Shown here: positions 12,668-24,795 of the stretch, piece by piece
Layout: each line of letters begins with the position of its first letter
Position numbering within the stretch: the stretch's first letter is position 1
Origin: Zygnema circumcarinatum SAG 698-1b
Taxonomy: Eukaryota; Plantae; Zygnematophyceae
DNA length: 64,000 bases
Direction of reading: 5' to 3'
Assembly: GCA_037447605.1 (NCBI GenBank)
Contig: CM074818.1
Span: 2,368,617-2,432,616 of the forward strand
The notes under the pieces: generated by a model
Databases searched by the model: none
What the model saw: the letters and a program-made list of their open reading frames with translations, nothing else
What the model was told of the DNA's origin: nothing
Program-made: the position numbers and the translations under genes

Positions 12668-15432
12668 CTACTTCATGGAGTCTCGATTGAAGTTGAACTC
12701 CGCGACCAGCCGCTGCATCCAGGTCCGCTCGCCCGCCTGCCCTCTGCTCTCTCGCAAGATCGCCTCGAGCCGCTTGTAGGAGGGAGGCTCGCCTTCAGTG
12801 GCAACGCAGGTTGTGCCCCCGCTCGAGTCACCCACAAACACCTGCACACATTCGCGAAAGGGCACAATGTGACGGCAGTAAACAGAAGCATATCCTTGCA
12901 CTCCTCTGTCTCTCCCTCTCCCTCCTCCCCCCTCCCCCATTCCCTCTCTCCCCCTCCCTCTCACTCTTCCCAGTGTTCATACTTCTCATTTTGCATGATG
13001 GCTGAGTAGACAGAGGATACACCATGTGTAGAGTAAACATGGGAGATAGATCTCACCTGCCAGCTGCTCGGATAACACTTAAAAACTATGACGTCTTCTG
13101 ACATGATGCGTGTCCTCCTGAGGCTGTACACGGTAGTGAAGGACTCAACAAGGGCTTCTGCCGCCTTTCGGCGCCCTCCGAATCCAAAGTCGGAGATTAC
13201 CTGGTCCAGGCAAGCCACCCACCAACAGCCATATACTTCTGAATACAATCAGGACACTTGACTGCGGAGTTCAGAGTTTCAGTGATTTAACGGTTTCAAA
13301 GCAAAGTGGCTAAGGAAGTCGATTACAGGTTTATCTTGACTGAAGTAGCGTCGAATTGTACTGAAAGGAAAGCAAGTGTTGCATACCTGGCCAGCCTGCC
13401 ACTGTGGGTTGACTAGAAGCAGCGGCCGACCGGCTGGCGAGGCAAGTTCTTCAAGGCGAGAGATAGTCTCTGCGGTCGCAAACAAGAGGAGCGCCACCTG
13501 GCGCACTTGTATCCAGATAAATTTCTCAATGATATAGTAAGAGAAACCTAACCAGTCACAAAAGCATCGCACTCACTCAAGTTATATGAAGACTCCGAGA
13601 GCCACAGGGAGCTACTAGTTGAAATCGACCTGCCCTTAGAATGGGAGCCTGCCACAAGAAAGCTGACAAGAAAAGGGAACAAAAGCGACTGAGGGTAGCG
13701 ACAAGTTGCAGAAAAAACGAGGGTGGATGGACCTGGCAAGCTATACGATACAAGGTCTGACTTGGAAGACAGTGGTTCATTTAGAAGTTTCATAAAATAA
13801 TCACCTTTTCATTCGCAAACTCCGCAACAGCGTCGCTATCATCCACGATAGACAGCTTGCAGTCAACTTGATTTCCCAATATCCCCTTCAGGATGGAAAT
13901 AGCTAACGGCGAAGCAGCTTTGTACTGCTGTTGAATGCCTCCCTGCCAAAATAGGAACAAACAAAAATACTCTTGAATGCTGCACGCCAATTGCCAGTGA
14001 GTCAATTCCTTCCAAACAGGGTTGAGAATCTTACCGGCCAATCATCAAGTTCTGTTGCTCCAATAAGAGGAAGCAGAAGGTCCAAGCGTAGCCGCTTCTC
14101 CCCAGCATCAAAGGCTCTCCGACATGCTGCTTGAGCCTGATTCCATGCCCAGAATAACTCTGAATGCATCCCAACTTTCTTGCAGCAAAATCACATCTCC
14201 AACAATAACAGAAAGGGTCTCAAGACATACACGACATACCACATAATACCAAGTTGGTCAAACCAAAGTGAGCCGGGAGCACGCTGAATGAAGCACGTCT
14301 TTCTCTCTAACTCTACATTCTGAAAATCGTTCCCAACCAATGCTGCTTCCTATTCCTCGAAAATCTGGGAATTCTAGTCTTCAGGATAGAGTTTATGTTT
14401 ACCTGGACGATGCTGTCATCCACCGATGATGGGAGGGGCCATACTCTGGGCTTCGATTGCACTGCATCCTGAACACATCTCGACCAATATCCATAACAGA
14501 TTCCAACATGTCAGAGGAAAAGGGAAAACTCGTCGGTCATTTGCCTTGCAAAGTTAATTATAATTTAAGTGCCCTTGTATGCACTTGTCCAGTAGTCAGT
14601 AATGCACTTCATGAAAAAGCCTTTTCTACAACGGAACCGAAAAGAAAGATAAATGCCAGAATGATAATTAGTCGAAATGTCCTTCATCGCACACGATGTG
14701 TTTGTTCTCCGTTGCAAAATATAAAAAAAAATGATTCAAATTTCCAGCCTTGCTCGTTTCGTATTTAGTAGTACGGTTTTTCTTTGAAGTCTTTGAGACG
14801 AAAAAGACCAGTTCAAAATGTATTCACCTTCTGTTTATGCTATCTTGCCCTACGGTCGCTTGTCTACTAGCAGCTCTTCCTTTTGCTCTTTCTCCTCCTT
14901 GAGCCGCTCTGTTGTTCTTCGTTTCGTCCTCACTTTTATTCTACCTCGTAGTCCCAACTTCTCTCCTCTCCACTGTCTTTCTCTCTTTTCTCTCGTGCTC
15001 TCCTCTCTTGTCGTTTTCTGTGTTCTTCATTACCTCTCTATCGTGAGCTTTTCTTTACACCCTCACTTCCTCCTCTCTCTCGTTCACCTCCTTGTCTCTC
15101 TTTTGAATCCCACCCTATCTCCCCCGTCAACCTCCCTATCAGCATCACCTCTAGAACCGGGCAATGTCACGTACCGAATCTGTAGAACTGCTTGATGCCA
15201 AGCAAGGAGGCGCTCGCAATGGGCGGTTCCTCACGCCCGCGACTTTATGAGAGAAAAGCAGCGAGCTCCAGGACCCTCTGGCGCAGCGCAACTCCGCCAG
15301 AGACGATTGCAGGTCGCTTGAAGGAGATGAGACGGAGCACGAAGGAACGTTGAAGTTCAGACATTGCTTTCGGGGCGAGGAAGACAGGAAGAGAGTCGCT
15401 CCTGGCGCAGAGGGAAGGACGGAGGTCGCCAT
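12668..15432 (-). CDS. DUF1995-domain protein with a probable plastid transit peptide
   Basis: Ser-rich N-terminus MATSVLPSAPGATLFLSSSPRK...; internal exons RLRLDLLLPLIGATELDDWP|GGIQQQYKAASPL..., RPLLLVNPQWQAGQ, VISDFGFGGRRKAAEALVESFTTVYSL..VFKCYPSSWQ; last exon EPPSYKRLEAIL..WMQRLVAEFNFNRDSMK*. Confidence 0.85.
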
Positions 15433-17576
15433 GGTTCTGCTGCAGCTGCCAGGCGAGTTTAGCTGGCTGAGGAGAGAGCGGCCTGTCCCATGTGGCCTAG
15501 GGGCGCGGCCCGCCTTCAAAGTCGCAAGCTCAAACAAGCGTCCATCTTGTGCTCATAGTCCGGAAATTCTTAAAAAAATATGTCTCTCTCGTTAAAGCCT
15601 TTTGACCTAGAGTTTTATTTGTGAAAAAGTTGTCATACATTGTGCCACTTTTAAGGGCAAGAGGGAGCCCTCGAGAAAGAGCACGACGAGATGCTCTTTC
15701 TTGTACCTTGTCTACAACTCTGTGGTAATTTAGCCGGTGAGAGGGGCCATGGTAGAGGTCCCATAGTCAGCGAAGCTTTCAAGTGGCTCTTTCCTCGGCC
15801 TGGAGAGCAAATCAGAGCTATCTGTGTCTACGCTTGGAGGTGGAGAGAATTCCCTCACATCATGGGGGCAATTTCATACATCATTCACTAACCCATGACG
15901 CCATGCGGCCCATCATACCCCTCCCCCCCCCCCACGAGCACATGCATCCACGAGGCTTCACTTTCATCTCCAAATATCATACAATTTCATTCCAAGTTCT
16001 TTACAAGAGACACGTCACACTGTCCGCTCCTTAGATATGGACAAGCCCCCATCACTGCTTGTCTCAAACTGCCAGGTGCCTACCCTTCCTGCCGCCCAAA
16101 CAGACTCGTTTCTTCCTACATTCAGAGGCTTTTGGGGAAAAGACATGCTTTGGGGTCTTTGGACATACAAATCCTTTCATGAACTCAACTCTTACAAAAA
16201 GTCAATTCATCTTAATAAGTATCAGACGTCCATGGCATCCATCTGAAGCAGTCCGCACTGTCAACGAGAGATGGGCTCCCCCTTCGTCCCTCCCTCTGTG
16301 CCCTGTGCTTTCCACGTTTGACTATATGCCCTCCCGTCCTCCCATCCATGGAGAACTGTCCCGCAAGTCTCTAGCAGCTAGCAAACACGGCATATTTTAG
16401 GGGGGCGCGGAGAGTGCATGCGCCCAGAGGGACGCTTTAGAGGGAATGCGCCACAAACGCATGGAAAAGGAGGGGGAGGGAGGCGAGAAAGGGAGGAATG
16501 AACCCCAGCTCCGAACTCCGTGTGATCATTCCCACTTGCATGAAAACTGATCACCCAGTTTCGCGGGTCAAGCCTCACCCAGCCGTTCTAACTAGGAGAG
16601 AAGACGAGGTGAGAGAGAATACGAGATGATGGGGGAGGCCTACAAGGAGGGAGAGAGGTGAGGGGGAGGGAGGGGGAGAACCCTTGACACCCCCCAGCGT
16701 CCCTTATGCTCCTGTCTTCACAACTCGACATGTGTGTGTATAATTCGACTACTCCGCCTTCAAAATGAGACGTAGCGTCAGGTCTCAAACCCGCACGGTG
16801 GAGGGATACAGAGAGAGGAGACGGCGCCGCGCACCCAGTCGTGTTAAAAATCAAATGTCGATTTGTGACAGCGTCCTGCAAAACATATAATACCTCGCCA
16901 CATACAAGTAAGCACAAATGTCCACAAGACAATAGAACCTGGTCTCCCTTAGCGACGCGTGACAACTTGGTTGCAGCAAATGCACATGGGGAGCTTCCCA
17001 TACAACAGACAAGCTGGCAAGCTCCATAATTCGAGAAACAGACTCGTACACCTTAAAAAAGATAACAACAACAGGGTGCTGGAAGACTGATAGAACTAAG
17101 ACGTCGTCGTCGTTTACAAACAGAGCCCCTCTAAACCTAAAACTCGCTGCCTAACTGCAGGAGGAACCACCCTTAGGCATGTATGTCCCGGACTGTCATT
17201 TTTATGTACTAACAGAAATATATGAGACGCATTCAAAGTAAGTGGGAAACAAGGAATTAAGCGTACATGCTCACCGAATTGCATACAGTAGCAATTGTAT
17301 GAGCTCGTCAGCTCGCCTAATTTGGCCAGAGATGACATGTGGTGGTATAGCAACAATCGAATATTGGAGACGGGGATTTCGGTGTGAGTGCCTGATAGTC
17401 CAGACTATTCGCCCCACTTGCACATAGGAAGAGAGAGTTTCTACCCTGCAACCACACCATCATCATGAGGGGCTAATAAGCATGCGTAGCCGGAACTATG
17501 CAAGGCTTTGTTTTTCTCCCTGAACACGAGCGAGGTCTTCAATCACTTACGATCGGAGTAACCATAAGGATATCAT

Positions 17577-20500
17577 TCATACCTTTCCACGTTTCACTTT
17601 TGAAATTGCAGATGTTCTCCCATGCGCCGAGGATGTGGTCATTGTGAAGCGGTTGAGCGATGTGAACACAACGTCTCGCTCGGGCAGCATGCCCAGCAGC
17701 AGGCACAGACGGAGAGCCTCCTTGTACCCCTCCAAGACATACACCCTCATAATATCCACCAGACCATTTTCCCAAGTACTACCCAAAGCAGTCATAAACA
17801 TCCCCCACGTGCTGCTGAGCATCGCACGCACAATTTCGTAGTCTGTGAGCGTGTAGTAAGGGGTTCTGCAGGGCCACACAGAAAAGACGACCTCCTTGAA
17901 CATAAGAATACTCTCCAAAAAGTCCTCCTGTTGTACATATGCTTTAGTTCCGTCAGAGCAGCAGCATCAGAGCAGCAGCAAGGTCTCAGCTGAACACTTC
18001 ATAAACTGGGCACATCATTCCAATATAAAACTCCCAAAACATATACGTAGTGTTGGTTGACACGAGCAGCACTCACTCATTGTTGTGGCTGCTTCTCGCC
18101 TGAAACCTCTCCTGCATTATCCGCACCACATCCGCTGCATTCTGTACTCGTCGCACTTCTTTGCTCCTTCTCGCCACTCGACTGTTTTCTCGTAAGAGCT
18201 TTCCGGAGGTGCTCCGTACGAGCCTGCTGCTGACGGGAGTAGTCCCTCGAGACATCATGAAGGGGTCTTCACGCATTTTGATTTCATTCCTCACTATCCT
18301 CTCGTAGAGGGAGGCCAGAAGGTCGTACGGAAGGTCTCGTCCCTGATCTATCCCTCGATTATTGCAAATGAACTCCGACTTTGTCATCTGCAGCAAGGTG
18401 AGGTGGGTACACACAGAAAGACTTAAGAGTCTTTTCCTTGTCTAAGAAAGATATTTGCAACACGAAGTGGTTTAGCTTGATGAACGAACATGATCTGACA
18501 TACACAATCGCACGAATCCGGATATATCCAAGGTTTTTATTTTAGGAAAAACAACAACCCCTTATGAACCAATACTTCGGTAACTTACCTTGGTCTTCAC
18601 ATTGGGATTATGCGCATCAGTGTTGAGCATGATGACGGAGTACGAGAGCACATGTGCTGTGACGGCGCTGCTCAAGACCAACGGATTGCAGTCGAAGTAG
18701 CGCTCTGCAAACCGCTCCATTATCCTCTCGATCTTCTGAGCCTCTCCCGGCAGACGGAAATCCTTCAGAAGCTGCCTGATCCCTTCATCGATCTCGAAGC
18801 CCTGCATACAAGTTCCAACATATGAGCATCGTAAGACCAGTGAACATGACATCGTCGCTGGAAAAGTATCATCTGGAAAAGTTGGGACACAGGCATATAC
18901 TACTGTACCTGAAGATCAAAGGAGTCCACATAAGCCTGCAATACAGCTGCGGAGCTTGGATCGCTGTCCCCAAGATAGTCTCCAATCATCGTCTTATCTA
19001 AACCGGGTTGAGTTTTCAGAAACTCGGCAATATTCTCCGGCATTGGTCCCATTTTGCGACCTTCCACTAATGCCAATATCCCCTTTCGAGGATTTTTGTT
19101 GAACAGTGCAATGCCCTCCTGCAGGTATTCCAGTGAAAAGACACGGCAAAGATTCAGATAAAAACAGACTAAGAGCCGTGACCATGTCCCCAGCAATATC
19201 TATAGCCATGTAAGCTGCCATAGTCAACACGTAGTTCCGTACACCACTCTTCCCCCTCTCACACACCTGCAACTCGCGCTTGTACAATTTCCGCTGTTTA
19301 AACGTCGCGGCATCTCCTGAAAACCCCATAGAACTCTCCAGCACCTCACTGCTTTCACCCTCCGTCTGTCCCCCTCTCTCGAACCCTCCTCCTCCTTCAC
19401 TGCCCGCATCGCTGCCTGCTTCACTTGCCCTCGGAGAGGACGGGCCTCCTCCTTCCACTATGTGCATCTGTCTGGCAGTCCAGTGAGAGAGACCCCTCAG
19501 CATAGAGCCTAGACATCGCATGGCTGCTACTCTGAGGATGATCTCCTGGTTCAGGACTGTAGAACCACCCACAGATAGAGGGCTTGTTGCGAGTCGGAGT
19601 AATGCGTTAACAAGCCTGCAACATGGAAGGAAGGTAAAGAAGGAAAATTAGGTCCACGGAATGGGCAGGTGAAGAGCTCCCACGCTACCGCTGCAGGAAA
19701 CGTTGGAAAGAGGATGATTGTGAGGGGCTTTTGACGGCATTTTTGCATCCAAGAGGATTCAAATGTATGAAGCACACATACGAGATTCTTGTGCCTTTCT
19801 TATCCCTGGACAAACCTCTGAGAATTGAGAGCACCGAAATAGCCACGCGGATAAACAAACAAAAGCTTAATAGCACTCACAATGTCATATTCTCACAAAA
19901 ACCAACAGAAAAAACAAACCATGTGACGCACTACCCTTCCGTTTCAAAAGTCTGCAATTTCTAAAATGAAGCTTACCCCTCGAAGATGCTGCTGGAGTCC
20001 ACATCGCAGTCATAATTGACATATAAATCCACCCATATTTGCGGATCAATGCCCATGCTCTCAATCAGTCGAAGCAAAATAAATTTCTGCTGAGGGTTGG
20101 TTTCCTTCATGTGCTCCAACGGACGTAGCACCAGAATGCTGAAAAACTCCCCGATCTCAAACTTAAGGCTTGAACGCAAGCGAGACAGGAGTCGGAGAAA
20201 GACGGAGCAGGAGAGCTGGAAAACAGTCATGAGAGGCGATGCGCTGTTTTCTACGAGAGACAAGAGAAGGGTCTCTCGAAGAAGGGCAAGAAACCTGCGA
20301 AGGTCCAAAATGAAGTTTCATATGTCTCAGATATCAGCAGTCCTGCCACTCTTCGAAGAAGTCCAAGACATCGATAGAAAAGCTCAGTTCCACACGCACT
20401 GGCAGATGTATGAGTCTACAGAGAGAACAAATGCAGCGCATGAATCTGGAGAACAAGAAATGGAGATGACAACTTCCAGTGGATGAGTCAAACCTCGCCA

Positions 20501-22311
20501 GCTATCTCTCTCAACGAAACAGCATGGAAACAAAGACCGGCTTTTCACCTTTGAGAGCGAACCAGGGATGAATCAGCAGTCTCCAGAACGAAACACATAA
20601 GCTCGAGTGCCAACGTTTTCTCTCGTAACCCTACAACTTCTATCTCCCCGTTCCTGCCAGGAGACTTCATACAGATTTTACACAATTCTTCTAGTAAGTT
20701 GTATACATCGTTGGCGATGCCAACGGTAGAACCTGCACAGTCGTGCTCCGGTGAAAAGAAATTAACGCTGCTGATGGAACTGTGAAGCATTCCAACATCG
20801 CCGACTTTTCGAGACATAAACTTCATGTCTTGCGTTTCCTGAAATACACCAGTTACCTGCTCCACGCTGGGTTCTTGTGAAGCAGAAAAATTTGCGCTCG
20901 TATTCTCCATTTTTAAAGGCCGCATAGGAAGAATAGGCCTAAGGCTGACGCTAAGTGAGTCTTCCGTACTACTCTCCAACACCGCGACCCTCCTCTCCTC
21001 TTCCACCACTTGTGATACAAAACTCTGAACCAGCTCCCACTCGGAAGCGGGTCGATCCACCAACGTGACAAGGTCTGCAACTACAATTGAATGAAAGGCG
21101 GCTCGCATGGAGCCTGCATCTACCCGAGCCAAGACTGTTGCTAACATCTGCGCCAAAGATGCCTTTGCATATAACTGATGAAGTGGGGTTCTACTTCTTG
21201 TTGCTACTCGAAAGCATGTTAAGAACACCTTGAGCAGAACATCTCCACGAAGGACCAATACGCTGCAGCAGGTTGCTGAAAGCAGAACCCTCAGTATCGA
21301 AATCTCAAGCGGAGCGTTATCTTCGGCGAGGCTGACACAATGACAAACAGATTCTATCACTTTGACGAGGATTCGCCCTTCCCTCGAACCTTCACCACCG
21401 CTCACTTCTCCATGCAAGTGTCGATTACGCAATAGTTTATTAAAACACTCTAAGGCTGGTTCTGCCAGCTGAGTGCAACCGCTGTTGCATGCGGAATGCA
21501 AGGGTCTCAGAATCATTACAGTTTCCGCTAATGAATAACGTTTTCCTCCCTCGTCATATAGCACACCACGAGACGAAGATGCGGCTGTGGACAGTGGACG
21601 ATAAGCAGGTTTGTCACTGAGACCCGCGAGGAAGTCAGCACTAGATGCAAGCGTTGCAGCAGAGGAGTTTGAAGACACGTCCACAGACTGAGCGGCACCA
21701 GAATCTGCCTTCTGTTCGTCAAAATCCCTCCAAAGAATGGAACCTCGGTGGGAAGAATCACCCACAACGTCACTTCTCCAAATCTGCACCGCCTCCTCTT
21801 CTTCCAAATTTTTTCTCACATCTAGCTCTGAACTGGTCCCGTCATGCAAAAACTGACTCTCGGCCTCTATTGCTGGTCCCTCACTTCTTGAGTTGGCATT
21901 CGCCTTGTTCAAGTATAATCCCTGCAGTGCGGACGAGTTACCAGTCTGCCCTGAATCACCATCCCCCCTGTAAACGCTGCTCGTCGAAGATTCAGCATCC
22001 AGAGCCCTTAAAGACCTTTCTGGAAAGATGGGAGCACCTGTTCCTTCTGAAGACGCAGCCGGCGAGGGAGGAAGGGCGCGCAAATTTCTTGCTGGAACTT
22101 CAAAAGGAACCACTGCCAACTGTTTTGCTTTGGGAATGCCGCCTTCAAACCAGTCAATGACAGTTCTGCATTCTTCTACAAGCTTGGCGTGCCTCCGACT
22201 AGAGGCGCCCTTCACAATCTTCTCCAAGGCTGGCAGCACCACCCTCGCCAGCTTTGTCTGCTTTGTGACCTGCGGATGCACTTTACTGCGTTGATGCCCC
22301 TGCACCCCCAT
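17577..22311 (-). CDS. BIG-type Sec7 ARF guanine-nucleotide exchange factor; divergent and apparently lacking most C-terminal HDS domains
   Basis: DCB start [28 protein letters not shown]; HUS box [33 protein letters not shown]; Sec7 domain [45 protein letters not shown] (catalytic Glu intact), [19 protein letters not shown]|[14 protein letters not shown]; HDS1 start [25 protein letters not shown], then a stop at 17577. Confidence 0.88.
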
Positions 22312-22829
22312 AGCCTTTCCACCAAATCCTTCCTAAATCACAGCGGGGTCTGGTACAAACACATCCCCTTCTCCCTCGCCTTTCTCCTCTCTCTCCTGCA
22401 CTCTGCTTCTGCTGCCAGTCCTTCTCCTAATGCCTACCCTTTTCCAGTCCTCTTCCTGCTCACCAACTGCAGCCCTCAAACCTCCCCTCAAACAACAACC
22501 ACGTCACGTATTCCCCAGAAGATTCTCCCCCGTCTTGCAGGCCCACAACACCTGTCCCCAACCTCCCTTCAGCCAAACACCCCCCCTCTCAGCCGTCCCT
22601 CTCCAAGACTCCCTCCAAACCTTGCAACGGACAGTGTTCTCGCTCGCTTGTGCTCGTCGGCGCCTCCAACCGAGAAATAACCTTCCAGCCTTCAGTTCCC
22701 TGGTTCCAGTGTTGCCGCCCTCTCCCTCCCTCTCTTTCTCTCCCTCCCTCTCTTTCTCTCCCTCCCTCTCCCACTCCCTCTCGCTCTCCCTCCCTCCCTC
22801 CCCCTTTGGGCCATTTTTGGCCGTTCCGG

Positions 22830-23700
22830 GCCCTCCGGGAAGCGCGACGCGACGTGACGGCGCCGACCTACGCCTACCGCCGCATGATGTCACTCGTACG
22901 GTCGTACGAACATTCGTACGACCAAGTATACGGACGGCAGTACCGGCGGGACCGGCAAACTTTCCAAATAGGATTGTCTGTACGGTCAAACGTTTTGCGG
23001 GCAGAAAGCGAAATGTTTTGTGGAAAGTGACCGTTGGGCGGTTGAGGAGAATCGGACGGTCGTCCGGCCCCGGACGAGCGAGATCGTACGAATGTTTTGT
23101 CGGTTAGAGGAGTCTCGGACGTTCTAAAAGCGAGCCGTACAGTTTCTGAAAGGGACTTTCTCTGAAGGGCAGCAGAAAAATATTTTCTTGGAAAGCAGAA
23201 GTTCCGTACTGTAGCCGACAATTCGAGCCGCCCACAGACCCGGCGAAACACTTTCTGTTGGAAGATGTCCGCATTTTGTCCGGCGCGGTGTCCGCCAGTT
23301 CGGGCCGCGATCCGACGGCCGCGTGGCGACACTGACTTCAGAGGACCGATCGCGGCCGTCCGTCCGCGAAGGCCGCGCGGGAAACTGCGCGATGTCGGGG
23401 AGGACGACACGGTGCGGGGATTGGATCGAATTGTCAGTCAACGTAGAGGCCGTACATCTTGAGTACGGCGGTTGTTTGTCCGTTCGTACCGTACTTACGT
23501 ACGGCCTGATGATGATCCCGCCACGTGGACGGCCCTCGATTTGGGGCGCGCGTCGCTCGTACGGACGGGGACCGCGGATAGACCGGATGCAATTCCACGC
23601 GAGATGCGACGGCGAAATCTCTGACGTCATAGTTTGTACAAACGTAAGCACAGTGCCCAGCGCATGGTACGGTCGTGCTCGAGTTCATCGAAGCGGAGGC
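22830..23700. promoter_or_regulatory. GC-rich divergent promoter island enriched in GTAC/CGTACG
   Basis: About 15 GTAC cores in ~800 bp (about 3 expected at uniform composition), e.g. three CGTACG at 22895-22920 and four cores at 23463-23503. Lies between the BIG start (-) and a candidate + gene. Confidence 0.65.
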
Positions 23701-24084
23701 TAAAAGGTAGTCAGCGTGGTTGACCAGCGAACAACAATGGTTGACTGAGTCTGGTCCGACCTGGGTCGAGCTGCTCTGGAGGGACGCATGCATGCCACGG
23801 CGCAGAGTTAACAAGGCGCGAGAGGGGAGGGGGCAGACGGAGGGAGGGAGAGGGTCAGAGCGCTGGCCGCTCTCTATCGTCGCCTCACGCCCTTGTTCCA
23901 ATGTCTGTTTTGGGTCCCTCAATTTAATCACAGAGAAAGTGCTCACATTGTATGGGGCATGCCACGCATGCTGCCAAGTCACCTCCCTGACGCCCCCCCA
24001 CAAGCAGCCGTAGTCGCGGCCGCCCTCGACCTGGACACGCTCTGCCTCGCAGAGGACAACACCTCTGCCTAGTCCACCCTGAAA

Positions 24085-24453
24085 ATGGACCCGGGTATGA
24101 AGGCCACCACATGCCCAGAGAGGGCAAAGGAGAGGCAGCATCCCACAACTTGGGATGGAGAGATTATGCTGTGGATGACCGGTTATCAGAGAGTCTGAGC
24201 ATGCATGCATGCTTGTCGTCAACTCTGCCATCCGTGAATGAATCAGACCACACGGACACTCCTGCATTCTTCCCTTCAACATAACATAAACCTATGCGTG
24301 TTCCAAGCCCTAATGAAACAGCCCGAGGCAAGGTTCAATGAAAGGGTGGCGGAAACACACCCCCGTATTTATTCAGCCCTAATGGACGTGTTTGATGAAA
24401 GGAAGCTCCCCGCCAGAAGGGCAATGATAGTTGACCAAGAGGCTCAATTTTAA
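24085..24453 (+). CDS. Candidate 51-aa two-exon microprotein of unknown function
   Basis: aaaATGG at 24085; exon 24085-24094, donor GTATGA, acceptor CCAAG, exon 24308-24453: MDP|ALMKQPEARFNERVAETHPRIYSALMDVFDERKLPARRAMIVDQEAQF*. Protein-like composition; no homology recognised. Confidence 0.35.
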
Positions 24454-24795
24454 AAGCAAAGAAAAAACTTCGATAAAGGACCCGACAGTCCACAATTGCC
24501 GAAGGACTTTTGCAGGAGGTCCACGGACAGGCAGGAGGGGGCGAATCATGTCGCACAAACCATCTGCTGAAAGGCGAACATCCCCACGCAACCTGTCAGG
24601 ATTTCAGGGCCGCACATTTCCTTTTTTCCTCTGACATTAAACGGAAGATGTAAGTGTACATAAACATACATTGCCGCCAAGGACTGACGCACCGATCCGT
24701 GTAGGATCAATCGGACGGTTCAGCGCAGTCCCCTGCGAGCCACTCACATTCGCTTGGCTGAGTCTTCAAGCTCCTGCACCTTAAATCCTCCGCCA

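Noticed and set aside
17565-17572. ATATCCTT on the minus strand, resembling a U12 (AT-AC) donor near the BIG stop
   Set aside because: It lies downstream of the in-frame stop, and I found no matching U12 branch point or AC acceptor; likely chance.
23434-24282. 282-aa minus-strand ORF, and overlapping ORFs at 22430-23700
   Set aside because: They span a GC-rich promoter island and GA repeats, show no recognisable motifs and are open in several frames at once.
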